Shown one piece after another: positions 48,045-58,800 of a DNA stretch of 64,000 nucleotides. The stretch lies in NCBI GenBank assembly GCA_043811375.1, contig JBDRNJ010000074.1, positions 58,880-122,879 on the forward strand, read 5' to 3'. Every line of letters starts with the position of its first letter. Positions within the stretch are counted from its first letter, which is position 1. The notes under the pieces were generated by a model. That model made no database searches. It was not told the origin of the DNA and worked only from the letters and a program-made list of their open reading frames with translations. Origin of the DNA: a bacterium (lineage in GTDB: Bacteria > Zixibacteria > MSB-5A5 > GN15 > FEB-12). A program made the position numbers and the translations under genes.

Positions 48045-51000
48045 TTAGGTGCATGGCGGAGGATTCGCACCACCCTGGAACAGATAAGCTACCAGGTAGG
48101 TCAGATCACCAACGTCAATACTGCCGGTTCCGTCAACATCGCCTTCGATATCGCACGGCGGCGGAGCACCACCCTGGAACAAATAAGCTACCAGGTAAGT
48201 CAGATCACCAACGTCAATACTGCCGGTTCCGTCAACATCACCTCTTACCTTACAGCAGGATGACGACACCGGTCTGATATAATCCTCGAAGAACTGCAAG
48301 CTCTGCTCGACCTCTTCAAGAAGGTCGGCCAGAGTACCGTTCCAGTGAGTGACAATTTCGACATAGTACACATAGGTGTCACCCGGCAACAGGGTCGCCA
48401 GCGTGTCGAACGTCATCACCGTGTGCAGGTCGGCGTTGCTGGAGTCGGAAATGGCATAGCCACTGTTGGCCATGTACTTAAACAGCGAATCCTGATGGAA
48501 GCCACCTTCCGGATAAACGTAGGTCGAGTTATCCTTGGTGTAGGCGCCGTGAGGAGTCGTCTTATACTCCACACCGTTCTTGTAACCGGCCAGGAAGTCG
48601 ATACCGCCCCAGCGGGTGTCGTTCGGCTGACAACCTTCGTCGTCCTCCTCCGAACCCTGCTGGTAGATCAGGTTGTGCGGGTAGTCGAAGCCGGAGTTGT
48701 TACGCGAACCGGTATCGGCCGGGATATCGAAGTCAATACCTTCGCCGATACGCACGCTGGTCGGCGGCGTCCGCAAGTCATCGTAGAGGTACACCCTGAT
48801 CTCCTGAATGACGAAGCTGCAGGTATCCGGATCAGTAATCGGAGCATACCAGATCTTCTCGATGGCGATCATTGAGTCACTGGTGACAATGACGCCGCTC
48901 TTAAAGATCCCGTAATAAGCAGTCGAGTCAGTAGACGTGGTATCGCCAACCGGACGGAGGGCGCTGGTGTCAACATAGGTCACGTCGAAGATGGAGAAAC
49001 TGACCAGGGTGTCATTGCCGCCCTTGACATAGCCGATAATGGGCGAGCCATCGTAGACATAAACCGTTGCAGTCGTGTCGCAGTCACCGGCATCGTAGTA
49101 GTCCATGTTGGTCTTCTCTTCGCCCTGATGACCGAAGTTACCGGAGTTGCTCACAACCAGGCTGAGACAGCTAGTGGAGATGGTGTCATAGACAGGCGCG
49201 ATCAGAGTGTCGACTACCCAGGCCTCGATCGGCAGAACCTTGCTCTCAGAAGGAGCCCAATTGTATGTGATCTCACCGGCCAGATACACGATCGTATTCG
49301 GAGTGTTGACCGTCCCGCCGTTATTGATATGCACCTGCATCGTGTGCTTGTTGGCGCAGCCGGACGGAATAGTAGTCGGGTCGTTGCTCTTGCCCAGCGA
49401 GCCGCCCGGCCCATCGGTCTGCGTCAGCGTTATGCTGGTGAAAACCAACGGGGCGTTACCGGTATTCTCGCAGATGACATCGACATCCTTCTGAATACCA
49501 TGTTTGGTCCAGGTCGGATACCCAATGATCGGCGGATCCAGCGACAGGCTCGGTGCCGAGATAAGCGGGCAGCAGGGCACGCGCATCCACCGGACGTCGG
49601 CGAGGGCCCACCAGCCCTGATCCTGAATAGCACCACCGGCACTCTTATCGTCAACATACATGATGTCGAGATAATATGTCCCCGGGTCGGTGCAGTCGTC
49701 GGGAACCACGATATTGGCGCCGCTGAAGTTGCCGCTGTAGTTGGTGCCGTACCTGGCCATCGAGGAATAGGTTTCGTCGGCACAGTCCAGAGAACAGGCC
49801 GGTGTGTAAGACTTGGTCAGGTTACGAGCCTTATCCCAGGTAACACCGTTGTCACCGGAAACGCACAGCCATAGATCACCATTGGCGGCACCGGCCGGGA
49901 AACCGGGGTTGCTTTCTACGGCGCAGTCATCATCGACGCCACCCGGAATGTCGTTGTACTGCGCAAACAGGGTGTACAGTTTGCCGTCACAGTACGAAAT
50001 ACTCGGCTTGTCAGCGTTCAGACACCACGAGTTCGGCGAGCAATTCTCCTGATCCCGGTTGGCATCATGAACCGTACGCACGCCGCACTCCGTGGGACAA
50101 TAGTGGAATACACGACCACGATAGAGACCGGCATCGCCGCCACAGTTGGCGTCAGTGGGCCAGTATCGGGCACCCCAGACAATGTGAATATCGTTGCTGG
50201 GGTCGAGCAGCACGTTAAGGGAGGTGTAAGGACGATACGGATACGGATCATTACCGCCATTGCACTCGTCTTCGTGCTTGGTCACGTTTTCCCGGGGCAG
50301 CCAGTTGGCACCGCCATCGGTCGAGACCTGGTAGTATATGTCATTGTCCCACTGAACATAATCATGTTCTGAGTAGCCGTCCTGCCCGGAGCAGGAACAG
50401 GTATCACAACCCGAGGGATCATCGTTACAGGGACGGTTGGCGACCCAGGTGATAACCACCATTCCGGCGTCGTTGCAATCGATATCTTCAGAGATATCGT
50501 AAATAGTGTCCACGCAACGAACTTCCCAGACACCGCCGTTTTCCGGATTAACGTTCCGGAAATAGGCAACTACCTGCGGATCAGCCGCTGCGGGAGCCGT
50601 TTCAGCCGCTAATACGTGCAGGATGGTGTCGGTACCTTCCTGCAGGGCAATTGCCGGCCAGATGTAGCCGTCATTGCCCAAACCGGTGCGACCATCCCAC
50701 TGGCAGCTCTCACCAGTGTCAACCGGGATACTATAGCCGGTGAAGAAACAGCCGCCGGGTTCAAAGTCAAAGTACGGTCTGGTCTTATACGGGTCTATAC
50801 CGGCTTCGGGCGAGTAGTGACCGCCCGGAATACCACGGTTATCGTTGGTTACGTCGACTACCACGTAACCGCCTTTTTCGTTGGTGCTCCCTGTCGATTG
50901 CACCCGACCCTTACAGGCCTCGGCGCCCACAGCCGCGTTCCAACTATAATAGTAGTAACAGCGGTCCGGAGCGGCAGCCGTCGCATCCGGCGACATCATG

Positions 51001-51347
51001 TAGTTCATGTGAACCAGCATCGTATCCGGAGTACCATGGGTACCCCAGGTGATCATCCGCCGCATGGAACCGTTGCGCTGGAACTCATACCAGGTATCAC
51101 CAATCTTGGCACCCGGTGAGAGCGACGCCGAGGCGTCACCCAGCGACATACGAGGGGCCTCTTGGGACTGATCGACCTGTGAATAATCCATATAGCCGGC
51201 GTCCCCAAAAGAATACACTTCCGACTTGATTAAGCGCGGATCAACTTGCCGCGCCTCCTCAGCGGTTCTGGCGCCGAAGGCCGTCACAGCCAACATGCAC
51301 GCCAGTAGTAAGGAGAGAATCATCAATGAGAAAATCCTCTTTGTCAT
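48045..51347 (-). CDS. Large Cys-rich secreted protein with a C-terminal dockerin-like domain (paralog 1)
   Basis: Signal peptide; Asp-box motifs STDGGANW and SGDNGVTW; C-terminal CCKVR-(GDVDGTGSIDVGDLTYLVAYLFQGG)x2. Confidence 0.85.
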   Translation of the reverse strand: MTKRIFSLMILSLLLACMLAVTAFGARTAEEARQVDPRLIKSEVYSFGDAGYMDYSQVDQSQEAPRMSLGDASASLSPGAKIGDTWYEFQRNGSMRRMITWGTHGTPDTMLVHMNYMMSPDATAAAPDRCYYYYSWNAAVGAEACKGRVQSTGSTNEKGGYVVVDVTNDNRGIPGGHYSPEAGIDPYKTRPYFDFEPGGCFFTGYSIPVDTGESCQWDGRTGLGNDGYIWPAIALQEGTDTILHVLAAETAPAAADPQVVAYFRNVNPENGGVWEVRCVDTIYDISEDIDCNDAGMVVITWVANRPCNDDPSGCDTCSCSGQDGYSEHDYVQWDNDIYYQVSTDGGANWLPRENVTKHEDECNGGNDPYPYRPYTSLNVLLDPSNDIHIVWGARYWPTDANCGGDAGLYRGRVFHYCPTECGVRTVHDANRDQENCSPNSWCLNADKPSISYCDGKLYTLFAQYNDIPGGVDDDCAVESNPGFPAGAANGDLWLCVSGDNGVTWDKARNLTKSYTPACSLDCADETYSSMARYGTNYSGNFSGANIVVPDDCTDPGTYYLDIMYVDDKSAGGAIQDQGWWALADVRWMRVPCCPLISAPSLSLDPPIIGYPTWTKHGIQKDVDVICENTGNAPLVFTSITLTQTDGPGGSLGKSNDPTTIPSGCANKHTMQVHINNGGTVNTPNTIVYLAGEITYNWAPSESKVLPIEAWVVDTLIAPVYDTISTSCLSLVVSNSGNFGHQGEEKTNMDYYDAGDCDTTATVYVYDGSPIIGYVKGGNDTLVSFSIFDVTYVDTSALRPVGDTTSTDSTAYYGIFKSGVIVTSDSMIAIEKIWYAPITDPDTCSFVIQEIRVYLYDDLRTPPTSVRIGEGIDFDIPADTGSRNNSGFDYPHNLIYQQGSEEDDEGCQPNDTRWGGIDFLAGYKNGVEYKTTPHGAYTKDNSTYVYPEGGFHQDSLFKYMANSGYAISDSSNADLHTVMTFDTLATLLPGDTYVYYVEIVTHWNGTLADLLEEVEQSLQFFEDYIRPVSSSCCKVRGDVDGTGSIDVGDLTYLVAYLFQGGAPPPCDIEGDVDGTGSIDVGDLTYLVAYLFQGGANPPPCT

Positions 51348-51841
51348 TCGTAACTCCTTTCGAGAGTCATAGAAGTTCCCGTCTTGTTTCTCAGCAAATC
51401 GGAAACAAGCCTTTCAGCTTCCTGCACCGGAAAGTGTTCAGCTGATTGCTTGCCTGTTGCACGAAAAACAATTCACCGTAGATTACAGATGCTCCTGTCT
51501 CTGGAAACACCTCCTTCCGCAGCCTATAAACAGGCTGCCGCAACAAGAATTACCGTCCTTTCAGTAGAACCTATTTGGTTACAAACTTGAATTGATGTTT
51601 GTGAATGCGTTCAACAGCCTCTCTTGCCTTCACAGGTACTTCGTCCACTCCAGAGTTCCCAGCCCTCCCACAAACGAACTCGATTGCATTCGCCAATAGC
51701 GAATATTCTCAATAGCCCGCATGTAGCGCCGGAAACTTCGCCTTGCCGCAGGGCAAGACAGGCCAGCCGCCTTGCCTGGCTCGCGGAGCCAGTGTCACAC
51801 CACTTACAATACGGCGGCCATGTGTAGACCAACGTCAATCA

Positions 51842-51870
51842 AATATAACAATTTCGGGGTCAATATGCAA
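51842..51870 (-). promoter_or_regulatory. Putative promoter for paralog 1 (implies a leader of about 490 nt)
   Basis: TTGCAT-17nt-TATATT with a TG extension. Confidence 0.5.
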
Positions 51871-51922
51871 AGAAAAAAAAGAGCAAATTTTGCGCTTTTC
51901 CCTTCCGGTCAGCCCCCCCTAT

Positions 51923-51960
51923 AAAAAAACTCGGTCGCCCCGTGGCTGGGGCGACCGAGT
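51923..51960 (-). terminator. Intrinsic terminator
   Basis: ACTCGGTCGCCCC-agccac-GGGGCGACCGAGT-TTTTTT on the minus strand. Confidence 0.9.
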
Positions 51961-51990
51961 ATCGCAAGGAATTTCAGCGAATTCTCTTAC

Positions 51991-54900
51991 TTAGGTGCAT
52001 GGCGGAGGATTCGCACCACCCTGGAACAGATAAGCTACCAGGTAGGTCAGATCACCAACGTCAATACTGCCGGTTCCGTCAACATCGCCTTCGATATCGC
52101 ACGGCGGCGCAGCACCACCCTGGAAGAGATAAGCAACCAGGTAGGTCAGATCACCAACGTCAATACTGCCGGTTCCGTCAACATCACCTCTTACCTTACA
52201 GCAGGATGATGACACCGGTCTGATGTAATCGTTGAAGAACTTCTTGCTCTGCTCGACCTCTTCAAGGAAGTCGGCCAGAGTGCCGTTCATGTGAGTGACT
52301 ATCTCGATATAGAACACATAGGTGTCACCCGGCAACAGGGTTGCCAGCGTGTCGAACGTCATAATCATATTCAGGTCGACATTATCGGAGTCGGATATCC
52401 CAAACCCGCTGGTGGACATGTACTTATACAGCGAGTCCTCAGCGTAGCCATCGTAGGGATAGATCTGGGTGGCGTTGTCAAGGGTCACAGCGCCGTGTGC
52501 AATACTGTCGTACGGAACTCCGTTCTTGTAGGCCATCAGGAAGTCCATGCCGCCGTAGCGGTTATCGTTCGGCTGACAACCTTCGCCATCCTCTTCAGAA
52601 CCTTGCTGGTAGATCAACTGGTGTGGGTAATCGAAGCCGGAGTGGTTGCGAGCACCGGTATCGGCCGGACAATCCATATCAATCGCCTCACCAATATAGA
52701 TACTGGTCGGTGGCGTTTTGAGTGTGTCGTAAAGGTAAACCTTGATACACTGAATCACGAAGCTGCAAGTATCCGGATGCGTCTTCGGGGCATACCAGAT
52801 CTTCTCGATGGCAATCAGTGAGTCATGAGTGATAATCACGCCGGTCTCAAAGACCTCGTATTCACCCATATCCGTAGTCGGGGTATGATCGCCTATCGGC
52901 ACCAAACCGCTGGTATCAACATAACCGACCGAGAAGGCCGAGAAGTTGACCATGGTGTCGGTGCCACCGTTGGTGCAAAAACCAATAACCGGCGAGCCGT
53001 CGTAGATATAGTCAACAGCGTTGCTGTCGCAGTCGCCACCGAGCGCCACGTAATCCATGGTGTATTTATCAAGACCCTGGCGGCCGAAGTTACCCGAGCT
53101 GCCTACCACCAGCCGAGTACAACTGGTGCGAATGGTATCCCAGAACGGCTGGATCAGCGTATCGGTAACCCAGGCCTCAATCGGCAGTGTGTGCGGAGAG
53201 TCAGGATCGGTGGAATTGAATGTGAGATAACCGGCCAGATACACAATCGAACCAGGGTTATTCACTGCTCCACCGACATTCACCTGGACTTGCATCGTGT
53301 CTCTGTTTAAACACCCGGATGCGATCACGGTCGGATCGCTTGCCTTACCCAGCGAGCCGCCGGGACCATCCGTTTGCGTCAATGTTACGCTGTTGACAGT
53401 CAGCGTAGCGTTACCGGAGTTCTCGCAGATCACCTGAACATCCTTCTGAATACCATGCTTGGTCCAGGTCGGGAAGCCGATTTCGGGCGGATCCAGGATA
53501 AGATTCGGGTTCGAAATCGGGGGACAACAGGGCACGCGCATCCAGCGGACGTCGGCATTGACCCACCAGCCCTCGGTCTGGATGGCGCCACCCGAACTGT
53601 AATCGTCGACATACATGATATCGAGATAATAAGTCATCGGGTCGGTACAATCCTCCGGAACCACGATATTAGCGCCACTGAAGTCACCGCTGTAGTTGGT
53701 TCCGAACTTGGCCATCGAAGACCAGCTCTCGTCATTACAATCAAGAGAGCAGGCCGGAGTATAAGTGTTGGTCAGATTACGAGCCGCATCCCAGGTCACG
53801 CCCCAGTCCGCGGAAACAGTCAGCCACAGATCAGCGTTGGCCTGACCGCCGGGAGCGCCGGGGTTGCTCGCCACGGCGCAGTCATCTTCAACTCCGCCGG
53901 GAATATCGTTGAACTGCGCGAACAGGGTGTACAGTTTGCCGTCGCACTCGGAGATGCTCATCTTGCAGGCATTAAGATCCCAGGCATTGGGCGAGCACTC
54001 GGTCTGATCCCAGTTGGCATCATGGACCGTACGGACACCGCACAGTGATGGACAGTAGTGGAAGATGCGGCCGGCATACCGACCGGCTTCGCCACCGCAA
54101 TTGGCATCTGACGGCCACTGCATAGCGGCCCAGGCCAGGTGTATCTCGCCATCCGATGTGATCAGTACTGATACGTCGGTATACGGACGGTACGGATACG
54201 GGTCACTGTTGCCCGCCACACACTCGTCCTCATGCTTGGTGACGTTGACCCGGTTCTGCCAGCTGGCACCGCCATCAGTTGACGCCTGGTAGTACAGGTC
54301 GTTATCCCACTGAGAGTAACCACGGCAATCATGACCGGAACAGGTGTCACCACCATTACAGGGATCACCTTCACAGTTCAGACCGGCCGTCCAGCCAATC
54401 ACAACCATGCCGGCATCGTTACAGTCGATATCCTGGGCGAGGGTATTGACAGTATCCACACAGCGAGGCATCCAGACACCGCCGTTCTCAGGGTTCACAT
54501 TCCGGAAGTAGGCCAGTCCCTGAGTACCGCCTGCAGACTCCTGAGCAAAGACGTGCAGGATGGTGTCGGTGCCTTCCTGGTAAGCAATAGCCGGCCAGAT
54601 AAAGGCATCATCGGCACCGGTGGCATCCTCTGCCTGACAGTCAAAGCCGGTGTCAAGCGGGATAGGATACATAGTCCAAAAGCAGCCACCGGGCTCAAAG
54701 TCGAAGTACGGATTCGTCGAATAGGGATCCACTCCGGCCTCGGTCGAATAGTGACCGCCCGGAATACCGCGGTTATCACCGGTCACGGCGACTACCGTGT
54801 AGCCGGCCTTCTCTTCGGTCGTGATCGACTGTACCCGCCCCTTACAGGCCTCAGCGCCCACAGCCGCGTTCCAACTATAATAGTAGTAACAGCGGTCGGG

Positions 54901-55278
54901 AGCGGCAGCCGTATTATCCGGCGATTGCATGAAGTTTACGTGTATCAGCAGCGTATCCGGAGTACCATGGGTACCCCAGGCGATCATACGCCGCATGGAA
55001 CCGTTACGCTGGTACTCGTACCAGGTATCACCAATCTTGGCGCCCGGCGACATCGAGGTCTGAGCCGAGCCAAGCGACACAAGTGGTGTTTCCTGAACCG
55101 GGCTCGACTGGGAATAGTCGTAATCACCCTGATCCGGGAAGGAATATTCCTGCATCTTATAGATGCGCGGATCGATTTTTCGTGCCTCTTCAGCTGATCG
55201 GGCACCGAAAACCGACATCGCCAGCAAACATACCAGCAATAAGGAAAGAATTGTTAGGGAGCAAATCCTCTTTGGCAT
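51991..55278 (-). CDS. Large Cys-rich secreted protein with a C-terminal dockerin-like domain (paralog 2)
   Basis: Collinear with 48045..51347 over its whole length; same dockerin-like tail. Confidence 0.85.
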   Translation of the reverse strand: MPKRICSLTILSLLLVCLLAMSVFGARSAEEARKIDPRIYKMQEYSFPDQGDYDYSQSSPVQETPLVSLGSAQTSMSPGAKIGDTWYEYQRNGSMRRMIAWGTHGTPDTLLIHVNFMQSPDNTAAAPDRCYYYYSWNAAVGAEACKGRVQSITTEEKAGYTVVAVTGDNRGIPGGHYSTEAGVDPYSTNPYFDFEPGGCFWTMYPIPLDTGFDCQAEDATGADDAFIWPAIAYQEGTDTILHVFAQESAGGTQGLAYFRNVNPENGGVWMPRCVDTVNTLAQDIDCNDAGMVVIGWTAGLNCEGDPCNGGDTCSGHDCRGYSQWDNDLYYQASTDGGASWQNRVNVTKHEDECVAGNSDPYPYRPYTDVSVLITSDGEIHLAWAAMQWPSDANCGGEAGRYAGRIFHYCPSLCGVRTVHDANWDQTECSPNAWDLNACKMSISECDGKLYTLFAQFNDIPGGVEDDCAVASNPGAPGGQANADLWLTVSADWGVTWDAARNLTNTYTPACSLDCNDESWSSMAKFGTNYSGDFSGANIVVPEDCTDPMTYYLDIMYVDDYSSGGAIQTEGWWVNADVRWMRVPCCPPISNPNLILDPPEIGFPTWTKHGIQKDVQVICENSGNATLTVNSVTLTQTDGPGGSLGKASDPTVIASGCLNRDTMQVQVNVGGAVNNPGSIVYLAGYLTFNSTDPDSPHTLPIEAWVTDTLIQPFWDTIRTSCTRLVVGSSGNFGRQGLDKYTMDYVALGGDCDSNAVDYIYDGSPVIGFCTNGGTDTMVNFSAFSVGYVDTSGLVPIGDHTPTTDMGEYEVFETGVIITHDSLIAIEKIWYAPKTHPDTCSFVIQCIKVYLYDTLKTPPTSIYIGEAIDMDCPADTGARNHSGFDYPHQLIYQQGSEEDGEGCQPNDNRYGGMDFLMAYKNGVPYDSIAHGAVTLDNATQIYPYDGYAEDSLYKYMSTSGFGISDSDNVDLNMIMTFDTLATLLPGDTYVFYIEIVTHMNGTLADFLEEVEQSKKFFNDYIRPVSSSCCKVRGDVDGTGSIDVGDLTYLVAYLFQGGAAPPCDIEGDVDGTGSIDVGDLTYLVAYLFQGGANPPPCT

Positions 55279-55696
55279 TCGCTACTCCTTTCGAGAGTTC
55301 TGAGGTTCCCACCTTCACTCACAGCAAATCTTATTTTCAGCTTCTCAACATCAGCCACCCCAATAAGGGTCGGCCGTAGGTTTCTCTGCTGCGAATACAC
55401 TTCAAAGCAACGGAATAACGTAACTCTTGTCTCTGAGTTCACCTCCCTTCCGTGGCCCTATCACGTCTAACAGCAATAAGGGTTATCGTCCGTTTGGTAT
55501 GATGTTTACTCACAACTGGATTTGACAATCCTGTGCATACGTTCAATACACTTTTCCTGCTTACAAGGTTCTACGCCATCCCAATTCCACCGAATTGTAA
55601 CGACCAGGTTGACGGTAGAATGGTCGTTTATCTCATCGGTAAGAAAACGCAAGACCATACATTTCGCCTTTCGTAACATTCGGCGAATGTCATATA

Positions 55697-55725
55697 AAAA
55701 TAGCTCCTAAGTTCAATTTTGTCAA
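55697..55725 (-). promoter_or_regulatory. Putative promoter for paralog 2 (implies a leader of about 410 nt)
   Basis: TTGACA-17nt-TATTTT. Confidence 0.55.
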
Positions 55726-55772
55726 GCGTTTTTGGCGACCCAACCGCCAAAAAAAATACTGGCTGGTCCAAT

Positions 55773-55801
55773 ATAAAAAGCCGCCCGAAGGCGGCTTTAT
55801 T
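55773..55801. terminator. Intrinsic terminator after the giant repeat gene
   Basis: AAAAAGCCGCC-cgaa-GGCGGCTTT. Confidence 0.85.
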
Positions 55802-55828
55802 AAGGCTTAACTGAATTTACCGGCGCAA

Positions 55829-58800
55829 TTATTGCGGCGGCCGCGGGCCGGAGTTGTATAGGAAATTGACCATATAGGCAATATCCGAAACGTTAATGGA
55901 GCCACTGAGATCAGCATCGCCGGCCTCCGACGGCAATGGTATATTACCCTCCCTGAACAGGTAGTTGGTCAGAACAACAATATCATTAAAGGTGTACTTG
56001 TCGTTATCGTCAGTATCACCACGCATGAAATTGTTTACGCGATAATGAGTTACAATCGTATCGGCGGCACCGGCCGGGTAATCTTCAGCTATAAAAAGTA
56101 CCTGGAATACCGACCCGATAACCCCCACGTCTGGGGAGTAGTAAAATGTGCCGGTCCCGTCACCGTTATCGGTGAAACCGGCACCTTCTGCAATGGAGTA
56201 GATCGCCGTCAGGACAATACTATCCAGGTCGAGATCTGTGGCCACGAGATCAGTATCGTGTGAAATACCGGTAAAGACCTCAATCGTATCAGGCAGAACC
56301 GTGGAGAAGACCGGCGCCTGGTTGCCGACGTCAATTACATTTATTTCAATGACTTGCGTGTCCGCCTTGAATTGGTTGTCGTAGACGATGAACTGCGGCA
56401 GGTATTGGCCGGCCTGGGTGAAATCAGGAGAGAAACTGAAAAAGCCCAGGTTGTTTAGCATCAGGTTCCAGGTGGCATTGGTCGGGACATTGTTTACAAG
56501 CAGCGTCGGATCGGGACTATCCTGGTCAGTACCGAGCACAGAGAATGTCAGGTTGTCTCCCTCATTGATGGTGAACGGACCAGTCCCCAACGAAAACTCC
56601 ATTTCAGGAGGCTGGTTGGTGGGGTAGACCCGGAATGTCACCGGCCACGGGTCCCTATGGATCGAAGTGTCGGCGGAGTCACTGGCTACAAAATCCACGT
56701 AATAGAAGGTCGGGTTGTCATCGCCCTGATCGTAGTTGGGGGTGAAGGTAAGAACGCCGGAGCCATTCGCCGAATCGTAAAAAGTCATATTCGGAGCCAG
56801 AGCGGTGTCTCCCGACAGGGTTGCGGTCAGAACCGGGTTGGGACCGTCATCATCCCAGGCTGTAACCCGGTAGTACAGGGTATTGCCTTCCGCTAACGTA
56901 TCAATCTGGGATGGAACCCAGATCCACGGTGCCCGGTTGCTGTCAGCCACAGTGATAGTTATCAGTTGTGAGTCAATAATAGCCGGGTCAAGGCTGTCCT
57001 CAAGATAGAAAGTGACCTGATAGGTTCCGGAATCATCCCACGACGGAGTCCAGCTAAACGCCGCCGAGCCATAGGCGGTATCCGGGAAACTGGCCCCAGC
57101 CGGCACACCACTGCCATATATCATAGGCAGCGTGCTGTCCGGGTCGGTGGCGTTGATCGTGAAACTCAGATTGTGCGTCTCGACAACGCTCTGGTCACCG
57201 ATGATTCCCCATTCCGGAGTCTGGTTACCAGCCTCGATGACATCGATAACAACCGTCGTCGTCTCGGCCAACTCACCGTCGCTGACGATGGCGTCAACAT
57301 AATAGGTCCCGGCTTGGGTATAGTCCGGGCTAAACTGGAACACCGCCGTGCCGCCGCCGGTATCGGAGTAGAGGAAATTGACCGGCATGGTAGTGCTGTC
57401 AAACGTAATCGTCACCGGATCGAGATCGGGGTCGGAGGCCGTGACAACATCATTCAGCGTGTATCCTTCGGTCACTGATGGACTGGGCACGGAGTCAAAC
57501 TCAGGCCTCTGGTTGCCCGCTTCGGTCACCTCTATCATCACGATCTCTTTGGTGACGTCGATGCCGTCGTAGGCCTTAAATGTCACATGATACAGTCCGG
57601 CCTGAACAAAACTGGGAGCAAGTAAGTATAATCCCGTACCGTCGCCATAGTCGACGAAGGTTGAGTTCTCGGGTGCGTTGGCCGTGTCCAGAGAAGGTGG
57701 CGGGCCATCGGGGTCGGTTGCCGACAGGTTGATAGTCAGGATCTCACCTTCGGCAATGATCTGAGGACCAATCGCATTCAGTACCGGGGCGAAGTTGGTC
57801 GCTACTACCGTAATCTCCACCAGCAAATTGCCGGAAAGAGCAGGAGTACCCTGATCAGTGGCGAGGAAAGTTACCGTGTCGATGCCTACCTGAGTCGTAT
57901 CGGGTCTAAACGTGAATGTCCCAGTATTGTCGCCATGGTCAATAAATTGCGAGTTGGCAGGCGGTGCGACTACCGAAAGGAAAAGTCTGGCTCCCAGCGT
58001 GTCCGAAGAATCAACAGCCGTCACTGTAAACACAAGCGTGTCAAGCATTTCCACCCCGAAAGGTCCAGCCGGATCGAACTCCGGCGGCTGATTGACATTG
58101 ACTGTAGTTATAACCATCACTTCCGAGCCGGTGGCCTGTGGACTGCCGTCGTCGGTCGCGAATAAACGTACCGTATCCACACCGGCGTCATGGTAGTCCG
58201 GTTGATAAGTTAAAGCACCGGTGCCATCACCGTTATCGACAAAACTGTAGTTGTTAAGTGTCGTGCTGACTGTAAACACAATCCCTTGACCCTCCGGATC
58301 GGTAGCCGAGACAGCCACCACCAGCGTGGCGCCTTCACTGATGACAGTATCGTTCACGGCAGCCAGGACCGGTGCCTGATTGCCGGCCTCACCCACCACA
58401 ATCATCACTTCCTCGCTGTCCACCGCCGCCGTGTAAGCCGAGTCGGTGGCGTAGAACGTCACGTAGTAAACACCCTGATCGGTAAACACGGTCGCCCAGT
58501 CGAAGGCGCCGGTGCCGTCGCCGTTGTCGGTAAATATGGCTGTCCCCGGTAACGTCGAAGTCGTCATTACCGGCGTATCTCCATCAGGATCGGAAGCCGA
58601 AACGACAAAATATAGTGTCCCGCCTTCCACCACCGAGCGGGCACCAATCGGATTGAGGATAGGCTCCTGATTGATGTTGGTCACGGTAATCGTTACTGCC
58701 TCTGAATCCATCGATGTCGGGTAGGCACTGTCAATGGCATAGAACGTTACCAGGTGGACGCCGGAGTCCGCGTATGTTGGCGTCCAATCAAATGTACCGG

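Noticed and set aside
48036..52226. Diversity-generating retroelement TR/VR pair
   Set aside because: Both copies are coding gene ends, the differences are not adenine-specific, and there is no reverse transcriptase in the window.
55254..55442. 62-aa upstream ORF in the paralog 2 leader
   Set aside because: The GTG lies inside the SD-like motif itself; the equivalent frame in the paralog 1 leader gives a dissimilar 39-aa peptide.
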